Below, piece after piece: positions 11,172 to 22,400 of a DNA stretch of 64,000 bases. Source of the DNA: Anolis carolinensis (lineage: Eukaryota); NCBI RefSeq assembly GCF_035594765.1, contig NW_026943821.1, forward strand, positions 17,639,608 through 17,703,607. Reading direction: 5' to 3'. Made by a program: the position numbers and the translations under genes. Within the stretch, counting starts at the first letter, position 1; each line of letters opens with the position of its first letter. The notes beneath the pieces are model-generated. The model did no database searches. It was not told where the DNA came from and saw nothing but the letters and a program-made list of their open reading frames with translations.

Positions 11172-14100
11172 TATTTAGCCCAACTCCTTTCTGCCTTTGT
11201 GGACCAAAAGCGCCCCTGACAAATGGCCTCCTAGCATCAATGTTTATTATTATTATTATTGACACAACGACATTGTATGACACAGCAAACAAGATAGATA
11301 TGCTGGATTTCGTATCACAAAATCACAAGTTGAACATTTCCCAAGTGTCTAGGACTGTGTGATGATGATTATTATTATTATATTTTGTATTTGTGGAGCA
11401 TCAGAGGTGGAGGATATCGTACATGTACTGTTCAGCTGTGAATTGTATAAGAAAGAGAGAGACCAATGACTCGGGCCATACATTATTCACAAAACACACT
11501 GGGACCCACATAATAAAACTTCATTTTTGTTGGCTGGCCAGAATCCTAAAATAACACACAAAACAGCCCTTTTCCTATTCAAAGCAACACAGCTGAGAAT
11601 TGTTTTGATACGGCCAATGGGCTAATCAATAAAACGTGAATAATAATAATAATAATGAGTTGGAAGAGACCCCTTGGGCCATTTAGCCCAACCCCCTTCA
11701 GCCTTTGTGCCGTGGGGGCCGGATAAATGCTTCAATGGGCCGCATGTGGCCCCCGGGCCGTAGTTTGGTGACCCCTGTTCTACATACTTGTTTGAATATG
11801 ATTGTTCCATGCTGGGGAACTGATATATACCAACTGAATATTTGTCTCTGGGCTCCCAGCCTGCCACCTTGCCATTGCTCTTTCCCTGGAGACTCCGCCA
11901 ACTTGCCTTCGCCAACAGTGTGCAGCTGTAAGCACCCAGAAGGTATCGATCAAGGCTCCTCCGCACCGAGACAGTTTGGAGGTATAGAGGAACACTTGCC
12001 AGGGCTGGGAGTGGGCCAGACATTCAGTTCCCCCAATGATACGCTCACCAGTCTGACATGACACTGCAAGAGATGGGGAAATTAAATTATTATTTTATTA
12101 TGACACAGCAAACAAGATAGATATGCTGGATTTCGTATCACAAAATCACAAGTCAAACACTTCCCAAGTGTCTAGGACTGTGTGATGTATTTTCGGATGA
12201 TGTGTACAGATCCCAGCAGGGTGGCCTTTTGCAGTTGGCAGATCGTAATTTTGTCAATGTCTATTGTTTCCAAATGCCATTATTATTATTATTCAGGAGC
12301 CCCGGTGGTGAAGTGTGTTAAAGCACTGAGCTGCTGAACTTTCAGATTGAAAGGTCCCAGGTTCAAATCCCGGGAGCAGCGTGAGCGCCCGCTGTTAGCT
12401 CCAGCTTCTGCCAACCTAGCAGTTCGAAAACATGCCAATGTGAGTAGATCAATAGGTACCGCTCCGGCGGGAAGGTAAGGGCGCTCCATGCAGTCATGCC
12501 GGCCACAGGACCTTGGAGGTGTCCACGGACAACGCCGGCTCTTCGGCTTAGAAATGGAGATGAGCACCAACCCCCAGAGTCAGACATGACTCGACTTAAC
12601 GTCAGGGGAAAACCTTTACCTTTACCTATTATTATTAGTGCCACCATTAGTGGGGTAATGCTCTATGTCACAAAAAGCATCATATTTACAACCCCAATAC
12701 ATTTTTGTAATACAAGTAGTGTTGGCTGTTTTCATCAATAGCCAGAACAGGTCTCCTATGAGGCTCATGGGTCAAGCGAGTGCAAAATACCTCACATCAA
12801 AAGGGTAGTCCATAACATGTATTGCTGCTGAGAAAAAAATCCCACTCTTTCTCCAGCTACTGCAAGGACTACAGCCAATATCAAAGAGAGCATGGAAGCT
12901 GTGGGAAGGGACTTATGGTGACTTATGCTGGATCTACACTGCCATATAATCCGGTTTGGCACAGAACCCCCATTGGCACACAGAACCCCCATGACTAACT
13001 CAACCTTGAGGAGACTGACTCAACATCGTGGGAGTTGCAGTTTACCGTACAGACAGAGAGCACACTAAACCCCACCAATTATACATCCAGATCAAACTTG
13101 TCCAACATAATAAAATTTTAAGTACTGATGCAGTTTCTTGGGGTTAACCTGGCATTATGTCAGTTGTAGTTAATCCACAACATTATGCATTTTGTACAAG
13201 TCTAAAAAATGACTTTTTCAAATAACCCAGGCAACGCCGGGTACCCAAGCTAGTATATAATATAATACACTATTTTCAGGGTCTTCTGAAACCACTCTTT
13301 TGAATCCCTGACTCTTCCTATTGCCGATAATATCTAGGATTCTCTTTTCTCTGGCAATTATTAACACTATGACCATGAAAGTGGATGCAATGGGGAGAGT
13401 GGGGGTAGTTTTTCCTGCAAACAGGACTTTACTAGTTAACTATCCCGTGCCAAATTCTTGTCTTGCAAATTCTCACTGGAAAAAGTTCAAAGCACAGGTG
13501 TAGGCCTGAATGTTCTGTATTATGAGAACAAGGAGCTGCTCAAAGCGAGAAATTAAAGTTACATGTTGTACTTGCCCGCACGGCTTTTCCGTGCCAGGTC
13601 TATTGATGGTTTTTGCACGTATCAAGTCTAGAAATAAAGGTACTGTTAAAATGAAAGCAGAATCCAGGTTTTCTCTGTCTAGCCTTGTTCAGAGAGTAAT
13701 CCCTCAGTAGACTGCCTTGCTCATTTCTTTTCCCCCCTTTAAAACAGTTTTTCAACATGTAATAACTAAAGATATATACAGGATAAATGATGGCTAACAG
13801 TGAGAATTCATGGTTTATTGTGATGTGAGAACATGGCTTTAAAAAGTGCTGTGTAACTAGGCTCTTAATTATTCTGAAACTTTTTTAACTATGCAGAGCA
13901 TAAGCTGCCGTTAAGCAGTTTGACACTATTTTAACTGTTATGGCTCAATGTTATGGAATCCTGAGAGTTGTAGTTTTATAAGGTCTTTAGCCCTTTCTGC
14001 CAAAGAGTGCTAAAGCATAACCACACTGCAACCTCTAGGATTACATTGCATTAAGCCAAGGCAGTTGAAATTGTGCCAGACTGAATTAATTCTATAGTGT

Positions 14101-14573
14101 AGATGCAGCATGGTCCTCAAGGGAGGACATCACCAATTAGGCACTGCAAGAAGACTTTACATTACGTTTAATTGCATTGTTTTTCATTGGCGGCAGCTCA
14201 TGCTCTCAACGAATTACCATGCTTTCAGTGGGTTAAGATATCAAGACGTGCACAGGAAAATGCAGACAGGTAGATACAAATTTTAAATGACGTGTAGTAC
14301 TTCATAAAGTGACATTTTGATTAAAAAAATAAATAAAAAGACTGTCCCCAAAATAGCAATTACAGGATAAGAGTGGCCAACAGTTAAAATTAAAAAAAAT
14401 GTTTTTTTAATCAGACTGACATTGTTTGACAATTACATGCCAATATCATGCTGTAAATGCTGTAATACTAAAACATGGCATTTTGTGCTTCACCATCAAC
14501 TTATATCTATATAGGCAAAACTATTCTTACCTGTGGAAGCCAGAAGTAGTGCCATGCCCAGGACTTGCTCCAT
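8130..14573 (-). CDS. Kallikrein-related (KLK-like) trypsin-family serine protease; exons 14573-14531, 12063-11907, 10778-10525, 9240-9104, 8282-8130 (247 aa)
   Basis: Signal peptide MEQVLGMALLLASTVSC, pro-peptide QTGER|IIGG, ECLAHSQPWQV, WVLTAAHC (His57), NDIMLVRL (Asp102), GKDSCR|GDSGSSLVC (Asp189, Ser195), VSWG, 12 Cys. Exon sizes 43/157/254/137/153 with intron phases 1,2,1,0 match the trypsin/KLK architecture. Exact orthologue not assignable by eye; exon 1 is the least certain. Confidence 0.9.
9819..10112 (+). mobile_element. 5'-truncated L1-type insertion in KLK-like intron 3
   Basis: 17-bp TSD AAAGGAGACTTCCAGTG (9802-9818, 10113-10129) at a TTT/AAA site; AATAAA and A-rich tail. Confidence 0.75.
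11036..11777. mobile_element. hAT-type non-autonomous element with nested LINE ends
   Basis: TIRs CAGAAGTCCCCAAACT / AGTTTGGTGACCCCTG; perfect 8-bp TSD TTCTACAT. Contains an R4 3' end (11260-11363, -) and a CCHC-knuckle LINE 3' end (about 11385-11640, +; CICG...EDIVHVLFSC). Confidence 0.85.
12101..12278 (-). mobile_element. R4/Dong LINE 3' fragment
   Basis: Nearly identical to 14971-15148; flanked by TAA repeats. Confidence 0.85.
12296..12626 (+). mobile_element. Sauria SINE, full length
   Basis: GGAGCCCCGGTGG head with A/B boxes, conserved body, (ACCTTT)n tail. Confidence 0.9.
12953..13253 (+). mobile_element. Helitron-like 3' fragment
   Basis: Subterminal hairpin ACCCAGGCAACGCCGGGT, then CTAG|T. 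5' boundary approximate. Confidence 0.55.
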
Positions 14574-14605
14574 GGTTATAGGCAAGAGGACAAGGGGGCG
14601 CATAA

Positions 14606-14612
14606 TTTTATA
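14606..14612 (-). promoter_or_regulatory. TATA box of KLK-like gene
   Basis: TATAAAA 33-39 nt upstream of the exon-1 ATG (context ACCATGG). Confidence 0.55.
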
Positions 14613-14905
14613 CTTGCAGGGTTAGATTAAAGTAAATAATTGATAGAGGAATTAATGTGCTCCGCTGTTCACTACCCTACACATCTTTTGTTTTTGCTTA
14701 GAATTTGCATAAAGCTGCTCAGCCAGACACCTGCCATGAGGCTAGTTTAACAAAAATGTAGTGGGCACTTAATGAGATGTTGTCAGGTGGGTTAAATGCA
14801 AATAGCAGTTACAGCTGTTGTGAAAATTGCATTCATACAGGGCCACTTCATAACGCATCCTTACCATCCAGCCTTTAAAACATCCAAATAGTGCTCACTG
14901 GGGTG

Positions 14906-14907
<2 letters not shown>

Positions 14908-14970
<63 letters not shown>
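14908..14970. repeat. (TTA)n microsatellite
   Basis: About 21 perfect units; similar tracts at 3530-3578, 15750-15808 and 28742-28787. Confidence 0.95.
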
Positions 14971-14971
<1 letters not shown>

Positions 14972-15749
14972 GACACAGCAAACAAGATAGATATGCTGGA
15001 TTTCATATCACAAAATCACAAGTCGAACACTTCCCAAGTGTCTAGGACTGTGTGATGTATTTTCGGATGATGCACGCAGATCCCAGCAGGGTGGCCTTTT
15101 GCAGTTGGCAGATCGTGATTTTGTCAATGTCTATTGTTTCCAAATGCCGGCTGAGATCTTTTGGCACGGCACCCAGTGTGCCCATCACCACCGGGACCAC
15201 CTGCACTGGTTTCTGCCAGAGTCTTTGAAGTTCAATCTTGAGATCCTGATAGCGACTGAGTTTTTCTTGTTGTTTTTCGTCAATGCGACTGTCACCTGGG
15301 ATGGCGACATCAATGATCCAAACCTTTTTCCTTTCCACAACTGTGATGTTTAGTGTGTTGTGTTCCAGAACTTTGTCAGTCTGGATTCGGAAGTCCCACA
15401 GTATCTTTGCGTGCTCATTTTCCAATACTTTTACAGGTTTGTGATCCCACCAGTTCTTTACTGCCGGGAGGTGGTACTTGAGGCATAAGTTCCAATGAAT
15501 CATTTGGGCCACATAGTTGTGCCTCTGTTTGTAGTCTGTCTATGCGATTTTCTTACAGCAGCTGAGGATATGATCAATGGTTTCGTCGGTTTCCTTGCAC
15601 AGTCTGCATTTTGGGTCAACAGCTGATTTTTCGATCTTGGCCTTAATTGCATTTGTCCTGATGTCTTGCTCCTGGGCTGCAAGGATCAGGCCTTCTGTCT
15701 CCTTCAGGGTCCCATTTGTGAGCCATAACCAGGTCTTCTCCTTATCAGC
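14971..15749 (-). mobile_element. R4/Dong-clade non-LTR retrotransposon, 5'-truncated and inactive
   Basis: CRLC...ETIDHILSCC knuckle, RHN motif, restriction-like endonuclease ILWDFRIQTD...IIDVAIP...EKLSRYQDL; in-frame stop; the PD motif reads LN; (TAA)n on both sides. Confidence 0.9.
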
Positions 15750-17152
15750 TTATTATTATTATTATTATTGTTATTATTGTTATTATTGTTATTATTGTTA
15801 TTATTATTAATACCCCGCCTTTCTCTCAGAGGGGACTCAAGGTGGCTAACAGCCACACACTTTGATAAATTTAAAATAACGCAAATACAAAAATAAATAA
15901 ATGATTAAACCATATTTGTGTGTCGGGTAAAAAAAATACAGTTTAAATACAATAAATACAATTAAAAGGCATTTTAAAGCACACAATCTCTCCCAAAATC
16001 CCACTCATTACCAGGATTGCAGAAAAAGTGGAGGGAAATTTGCAAACAATATTTATTCATTCTTTCCTGTTGCCATGCTCTGTTGCATAAATCAAATGAT
16101 AGCAGAACGCCTTGGGATGAAGTTGATGAAGCAGAAGGGTGGAATTGTTACAAAAAAAAGTAATGGGAACGTCTGATTCCCACATTCTGTCACAAGCAGG
16201 ACTCATATAAAATCTGTTCAGAAAACACATCTATCCTCTGTCACAATAATTTATACAGACCCACAAAGTAAGTGCAAACGGGGAAAAATCAACATGCCAA
16301 TTTTGGTTCAGTGTAGAATTTATAATAAAAGTGTTATTTTTTTGACAATTTACAAAGGATGTTACAGCTAAAAAACACTTGTGGAGCTACATAGACAGCA
16401 AAAATTGGTTATAGTAAAGGAATCTGTGGCCCTCCAAATCTTGGTCTACAGTTCCTAGTACCCTGAAACAGCTCGGCTAACAATGCATGATGATGATGAT
16501 AATGATGATGATGATAATAATAATTTATTTTCCACCAGAAGCTGGAAAATATTAACTTGCCTCTGTGTCTGTTTATATGTTGTATGTCTAATAATGGCAT
16601 TGAATGTTTGCCATACTTATGAGCATTGTAATCCACCCTGGGTCCCCTCCAGGGTGAGAAGGGCGGAATATAAATATTGTAAATAAATAAATAAATAAAT
16701 AAATAAATTATTTTTTCTAGTGCTTCCAGCATTAAGCGGAATAGTAAATGCAGGCTTTTAATCATTACCCAAAAAATGCTTGATATAAAATCACTGTGAA
16801 ATTTGTGTGAGTGGGTTGCAAAGTGGGGCTGCATTATTATTTATTATTATTTATTAGCGACATTTATATCCTGCCCTTCTCACTCCGAAGGGGACTCAGG
16901 GCGGCTTACAAGTATATATACAGTACATACAATATATTATATTGTACGACTATATTGCAATATTATTAGTAATATTGCATGTAATATAAATATACAATTA
17001 TAATAGTGAATTATAATATATTATACAATATATTATATTGTACGACTATATTGCAATATTATTAGTAATATTGCATGTAATATAAATATACAATTATAAT
17101 AGTGAATTATAATTATTACATTGTATTACATCATAATATTATTATTAATATT

Positions 17153-17574
17153 ACCGTGTTTCCCCGAAAATAAGACAGTGTCTTATATTAATTTTTGCTC
17201 CCAAAGATGCTCTAGGTCTTATTTTCAGGGGATGTCTTATTTTTCCATGAAAAAGAATTCACATTTATTGTTGAACAAAAAAAATGAACATTTATTATAT
17301 ACTGTACAGTAGTTGTCATCATAAACCAGCATAACCAGACAAACTGTGAATCCTATCAAGAATTTCCTGTTACTACCAATATTTCCATATATAACACTTT
17401 ATGGTACGTACATTTACCGATCCTGCATACTGTGGTGCTCTGTTTGGCGGTCATGCTTCCAAACAAAAACTTTGCTAGGTCTTACTTTTGGGGGAGGCCT
17501 TATATTTAGCAATTCAGCAAAACCTCTACTAGGTCTTATTTTCTGAGGATGTCTTATTTTAGGGGAAACAGGGT
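17153..17574. mobile_element. pogo/Tc2-like MITE
   Basis: TIRs CCGTGTTTCCCCGAAAATAAGAC / GTCTTATTTTAGGGGAAACAGGG flanked by TA. Confidence 0.75.
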
Positions 17575-18203
17575 ACATGTATATACAATTACATGATCAG
17601 TGAAGATTCATATCATGCAGTTTGACTGCATTTGAAATGCATTATATGAGGCCCCATCTACACTGCTATATAATGTAGTTTTAAACTGTTATTACCGCTT
17701 AAGTGGCCGAGGGGGAAAAGGAAAGGGCCTGAGGCTGTTAGGACTGCTGGGAGTTGAAGTCCAAAACACCTGGAAGGCCTAAGATGGCCCATGCCCGGTA
17801 TAGGCTCATATACTGCAGTTTAACTGCACTGAACTGGTTCCAACCATATGAGTCTATGCTGGTCATAAAATGCAGTTTATGTGATCAATGTAGATGGGGC
17901 CTAATAGGACACAGAAAAATGTACGTTGTGAATCTGGCCACAATGGTGTTAAGACATAACAAAAACACTACCATGTCTCCTGTATCAATTTAATGATATA
18001 ATAATATATAATATTATACTATACTAGTATTATAATATATTGTATATACATGTAATATTAATAATAATATTATGATGTAATACAATGTAATAATAATTAT
18101 AATTCACTATTATAATTGTATATTTATATTACATGCAATATTACTAATAATATCGCAATATAGACGTATAATATAATATATTGTATGTATAAATAAATAA
18201 ATA

Positions 18204-19116
18204 CAGTAGAGTCTCACTTATCCAACGTTCTGGATTATTCAATGCATTTTTGTAGTCAATGTTTTCAATGCATTGTGATATTTTGGTGCTAAATATATAA
18301 TAATTATAACATATTGTATATACATATAATATTCATATTATATTGTAATACAATATAATACTAATAATACAATATAATATTAATTATATATTATATTTTA
18401 CATGTAATATTACTAATAATACAGTAGAGTCTCACTTATCCAACGTTCTGGATTATCCAATGCATTTTTGTAGTCAATGTTTTAAATTTATCATAATATT
18501 TTGGTGCTAAATTCGTAAATACAATAATTACAACATAGCATTAATGCGTATTGAACTACTTTTTCTGTGAAATTTGTTGTCTAACATGATGTTTTTGTGC
18601 TTAATTTGTAAAATCATAACCTATTTTGATGTTTAATAGGCTTTTTCTTAATCTCTCCTTATTATCCAACATATTCGCTTATCCAATGTTCTGCCGGCCC
18701 GTTTATGTTGGATAAGTGAGACTCTACTGTATTACAATATATTGATACAGTACAATATAGTAATTTATTACCAGTATTGTACTATGCTAATATAATATTG
18801 TATGTAAATTTAATTTGTAAGCCGCTCTGAGTCCCCTTCGGGGTGAGATGAGTGGCATATAAATGTAGCTAATAAATAAATAAATAAATAAATTCGTAAA
18901 TACAGTAATTACTACACACTGTAGCCCTAATGTGTAATGAACTACTTTTTCTGTCAAATTTGTTGTATAACATGATGTTTTGGTGTTTAATTTGTGAAAT
19001 CATAACCTATTTTGATGTTTAATAGGCTTTTTTCTTAATCTCTCCTTATTATCCAACATATTCGCTTATCCAACGTTCTGCCGGCCCGTGTATGTTGGAT
19101 AAGTAAGACTCTACTG
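18204..19116. mobile_element. Tc1/mariner-type MITE with a second copy (18422-18729) inside its span
   Basis: TIR CAGTAGAGTCTCACTTATCCAA, TA TSDs. Confidence 0.85.
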
Positions 19117-19199
19117 TAAATACAAAAAAAAAAAAGCGAGGATCGTATTAGACACTTCTGCCGCAGCCCCACGGCGCAAGGGCCTTGCATCACACGGAA

Positions 19200-19434
19200 A
19201 AGGCACCCCATTGGCTACAACCTCAGGGAAGGAAGGCAAGCAAGCCCCGCCCGGCGCGATGGATTGGCGTCACAGCCTCCAACCGAATCGAGCGACCAAT
19301 AGGAACCTGCGCAGGAAGGGGAAAGGGGGCGGGGCGTGCGGTCACGTGAGGCCGTCCCCCGCCGATGTGGTCAGCGGCTGCGAGGGGGAGCGTCACGTGA
19401 CTCTGCTGCCTACGCGCGCTGGGGCCGGGTGCAG
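19200..19434 (+). promoter_or_regulatory. RLF CpG-island promoter
   Basis: Three CCAAT/ATTGG boxes, two GC boxes (GCCCCGCCC, GGGGCGGGG) and two GTCACGTG E-boxes (19341-19350, 19392-19401). Confidence 0.75.
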
Positions 19435-22400
19435 ATGGCGGACGCCGAGGCTGACGCGGCCCTGCGGCCGGAGACGCAGCGCTTGGCCGCGGGCCTCCGC
19501 TCCCGGCTGGGGCAGCTGCAGGCCGAGCTGGTCGAGCGGAGAGCGGACGGGGCCTCCTCCGCCCCCGCCTCCTCCTCGGGAGTTTACTGCCGGGAGTTCT
19601 GCCAGGTGAGGAAGGGAGGGAGGAAGGGCGGGAGGAGAAGCAGGGCCGCGGCCAGGCGCTTCCGGGCGGGCGGCTCGGTTTGGCGCGTTCCGTCCGGGCC
19701 TAGCAGGCTCCTCAATCCCAACGGCCCCTCGGCCCCGCCTCCTCGGCGCCAGGCAACGGCCTTTCGCGGAGGAGGCGGGCCCGCGCTTCCCCTCGCGACG
19801 CGCCTCTGTCCCCATCGAAGCCTGTGTTGTTGTCAGGACACCAGTCCGTGCCTTGCTTGGGTTTCTTTGCCTCGAGTGGGTGTCTCCTCTTCCGTGTCTT
19901 CGGCTTTGTGGAAAAGCCATTTGTCTCCTTGGTTATTTTATTTATTTATTTTTTTGTAGTCGAGATTGAATTGCAGGCCGGAGTTCCTTTGTGAAGAACC
20001 ATTTTGTCTGCAACAGTGGCGGCACTTTGAAGTTTTCTGGACGTCACCTAGTGGCTGATGTAGATCTTTACACCCATTTATTTATGACATTTATATCCCG
20101 CCCTTCTCACCCACGAATGAACTTAAGGCAGCTTACATGGGTGACATTATTTCATGCCCAAACAACAATTGAAAGCAATTAAGTAACAATTTAAAACAAG
20201 AAATGAAAACGCCCCTGGTGGCGCAGCGGATTAAACCACTGAGCTGTTGAACTTGCTGTCCGAAAGGTTGGCGGGTGACATTATTTCATGCCCAAACAAC
20301 AACAACAATTGAAAGCAATTAAGTAACAATTTAAAACAACAAATGAAAACGCCCCTGGTGGCGCAGCGGATTAAACCACTGAGCTGTTGAACTTGCTGTC
20401 CGAAAGGTTGGCGGGTGACATTATTTCATACCCAAACAACAACAATTGAAAGCAATTAAGTAACAATTTAAAACAACAAATGAAAACGCCCCTGGTGGCG
20501 CAGCGGATTAAACCACTGAGCTGTTGAACTTGCTGTCCGAAAGGTTGGCGGGTGACATTATTTCATACCCAAACAACAACAATTGAAAGCAATTAAGTAA
20601 CAATTTAAAACAACAAATGTAAACGCCCCTGGTGGCGCAGTGGATTAAACCACTGAGCTGTTGAACTTGCTGTCCGAAAGGTTGGCGGGTGACATTATTT
20701 CATGCCCAAACAACAACAACAATTGAAAGCAATTAAGTAACAATTTAAAACAACAAATGTAAACACCCTTGGTGGCTCAGCGGATTAAACCACTGAGCTG
20801 TTGAACTTTCTGTCCGAAAGGTTGGCGGGTGACATTATTTCATGCCCAAACAACAACAACAATTGAAAGCAATTAAGTAACAATTTAAAACAACAAATGT
20901 AAACACCCTTGGTGGCTCAGCGGATTAAACCACTGAGCTGTTGAACTTGCTGTCCGAAAGGTTGGCGGGTGACATTATTTCATGCCCAAACAACAACAAC
21001 AATTGAAAGCAATTAAGTAACAGTTTAAAACAACAAATGTAAACACCCTTGGTGGCTCAGCGGATTAAACCACTGAGCTGTTGAACTTGCTGTCCGAAAG
21101 GTTGGCGGGTGACATTATTTCATGCCCAATCAACAACAACAATTGAAAGCAATTAAGTAACAGTTTAAAACAACAAATGTAAACGCCCCTGGTGGCACAG
21201 CAGATTAAACCACTGAGCTGTTGAACTTGCTGTCCGAAAGGTTGGCGGTTAGAATCCGGGGAGTGGTGTGATCTCTCGCGATAAGCCCCAGCTTCTACTA
21301 AAAACATGCAAATGTGAGTAGATCAATAGGTACTGCTTCTACCCTCCATGCAATCATGCTGGCCACATGACCTTGGAAGTATCTATGAACAACGCCAATT
21401 CTTTGGCTTAGAAATGGAGATGTGTACCAACCCCCAGTGCTGGACACAACTAGGCTTAATGTGAGGGAAACATGTAAACATTAGACAACTATTGTGCATA
21501 CATCCAAATCATATTCATCAATCCAAATGCTTGCTCCCAAAGCCAAGTTTTCACTTGTTTGTGAAATGACAGGAGGGGAGGGGCCACCACTGAGAAGGCC
21601 CTGTCTCTTGTCCCCACCAGTTGCACCTGCGAAGGTGGTGGGACTGAGAGCAGGGCCTCCCTAGAAGATTTTAACCTATGTGATGGTTCATAGAGGAGAT
21701 GCATTCAGACAGGTGGCTTGGTCCGGAACCATGCAGGGCTTTATAGGCTTGAATTCTGCTTGGTAGCAAACTGGCAGCCAGTGGAGCTGGCGCAAGAGGT
21801 GGATTGTGTGCTCCTTGTACGCTGCTCTCATTAGCAGTTGGGCTGCCACAAGTTGGACTAGTTGAAGCTTCCAAACAGTCTTCAAAGGCAACCCCATGTA
21901 GAGCGCTTTGCAGCAGTCTATATGAGATGTAACGAGCGCATGTACAACCAAGTTTCATTTGTTTGTTCTATCTGTTTGTGCTGCTTTGTTATTCTTATTG
22001 GTTTGGTAACTGCACGATGACAGATAGGAAGGCACTCCAAGGGACCACCACTACTGCTCAGAGAATAATTGGTTGCTCCCTCACCTCATTGGAAGAATTT
22101 TATAAGTCCCGCAATCTTAAGAAAGCTCAGAACATTCTTAAGGACCCATCTCACCTGGTGTATTCTTTTTTTGAATTATTACCATTTGGCAGACAATACA
22201 GGATGACAAAGACAAGGACAAACAGACTTAGAGATCGCTTTTATCCTAGAGCTGTAACTATATTCAACTCCATAGCTGCGCGTTGATGTGGCATTGGGGT
22301 GTGTGTGGTGGTAGTTGGAGTGTGGAGGGGACATATTTAGTTGTGTTGTACAATGTACAATTACAATGTTATTCTATTATATTGTTATTACTACTATTAC

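Noticed and set aside
15042-15512. 156-aa ORF as a host nuclease gene
   Set aside because: It is the endonuclease end of a truncated R4/Dong LINE with an upstream stop and a mutated PD motif.
20211-20274. tRNA gene cluster in the tandem array
   Set aside because: These are SINE heads lacking the B-box/T-arm and acceptor stem.
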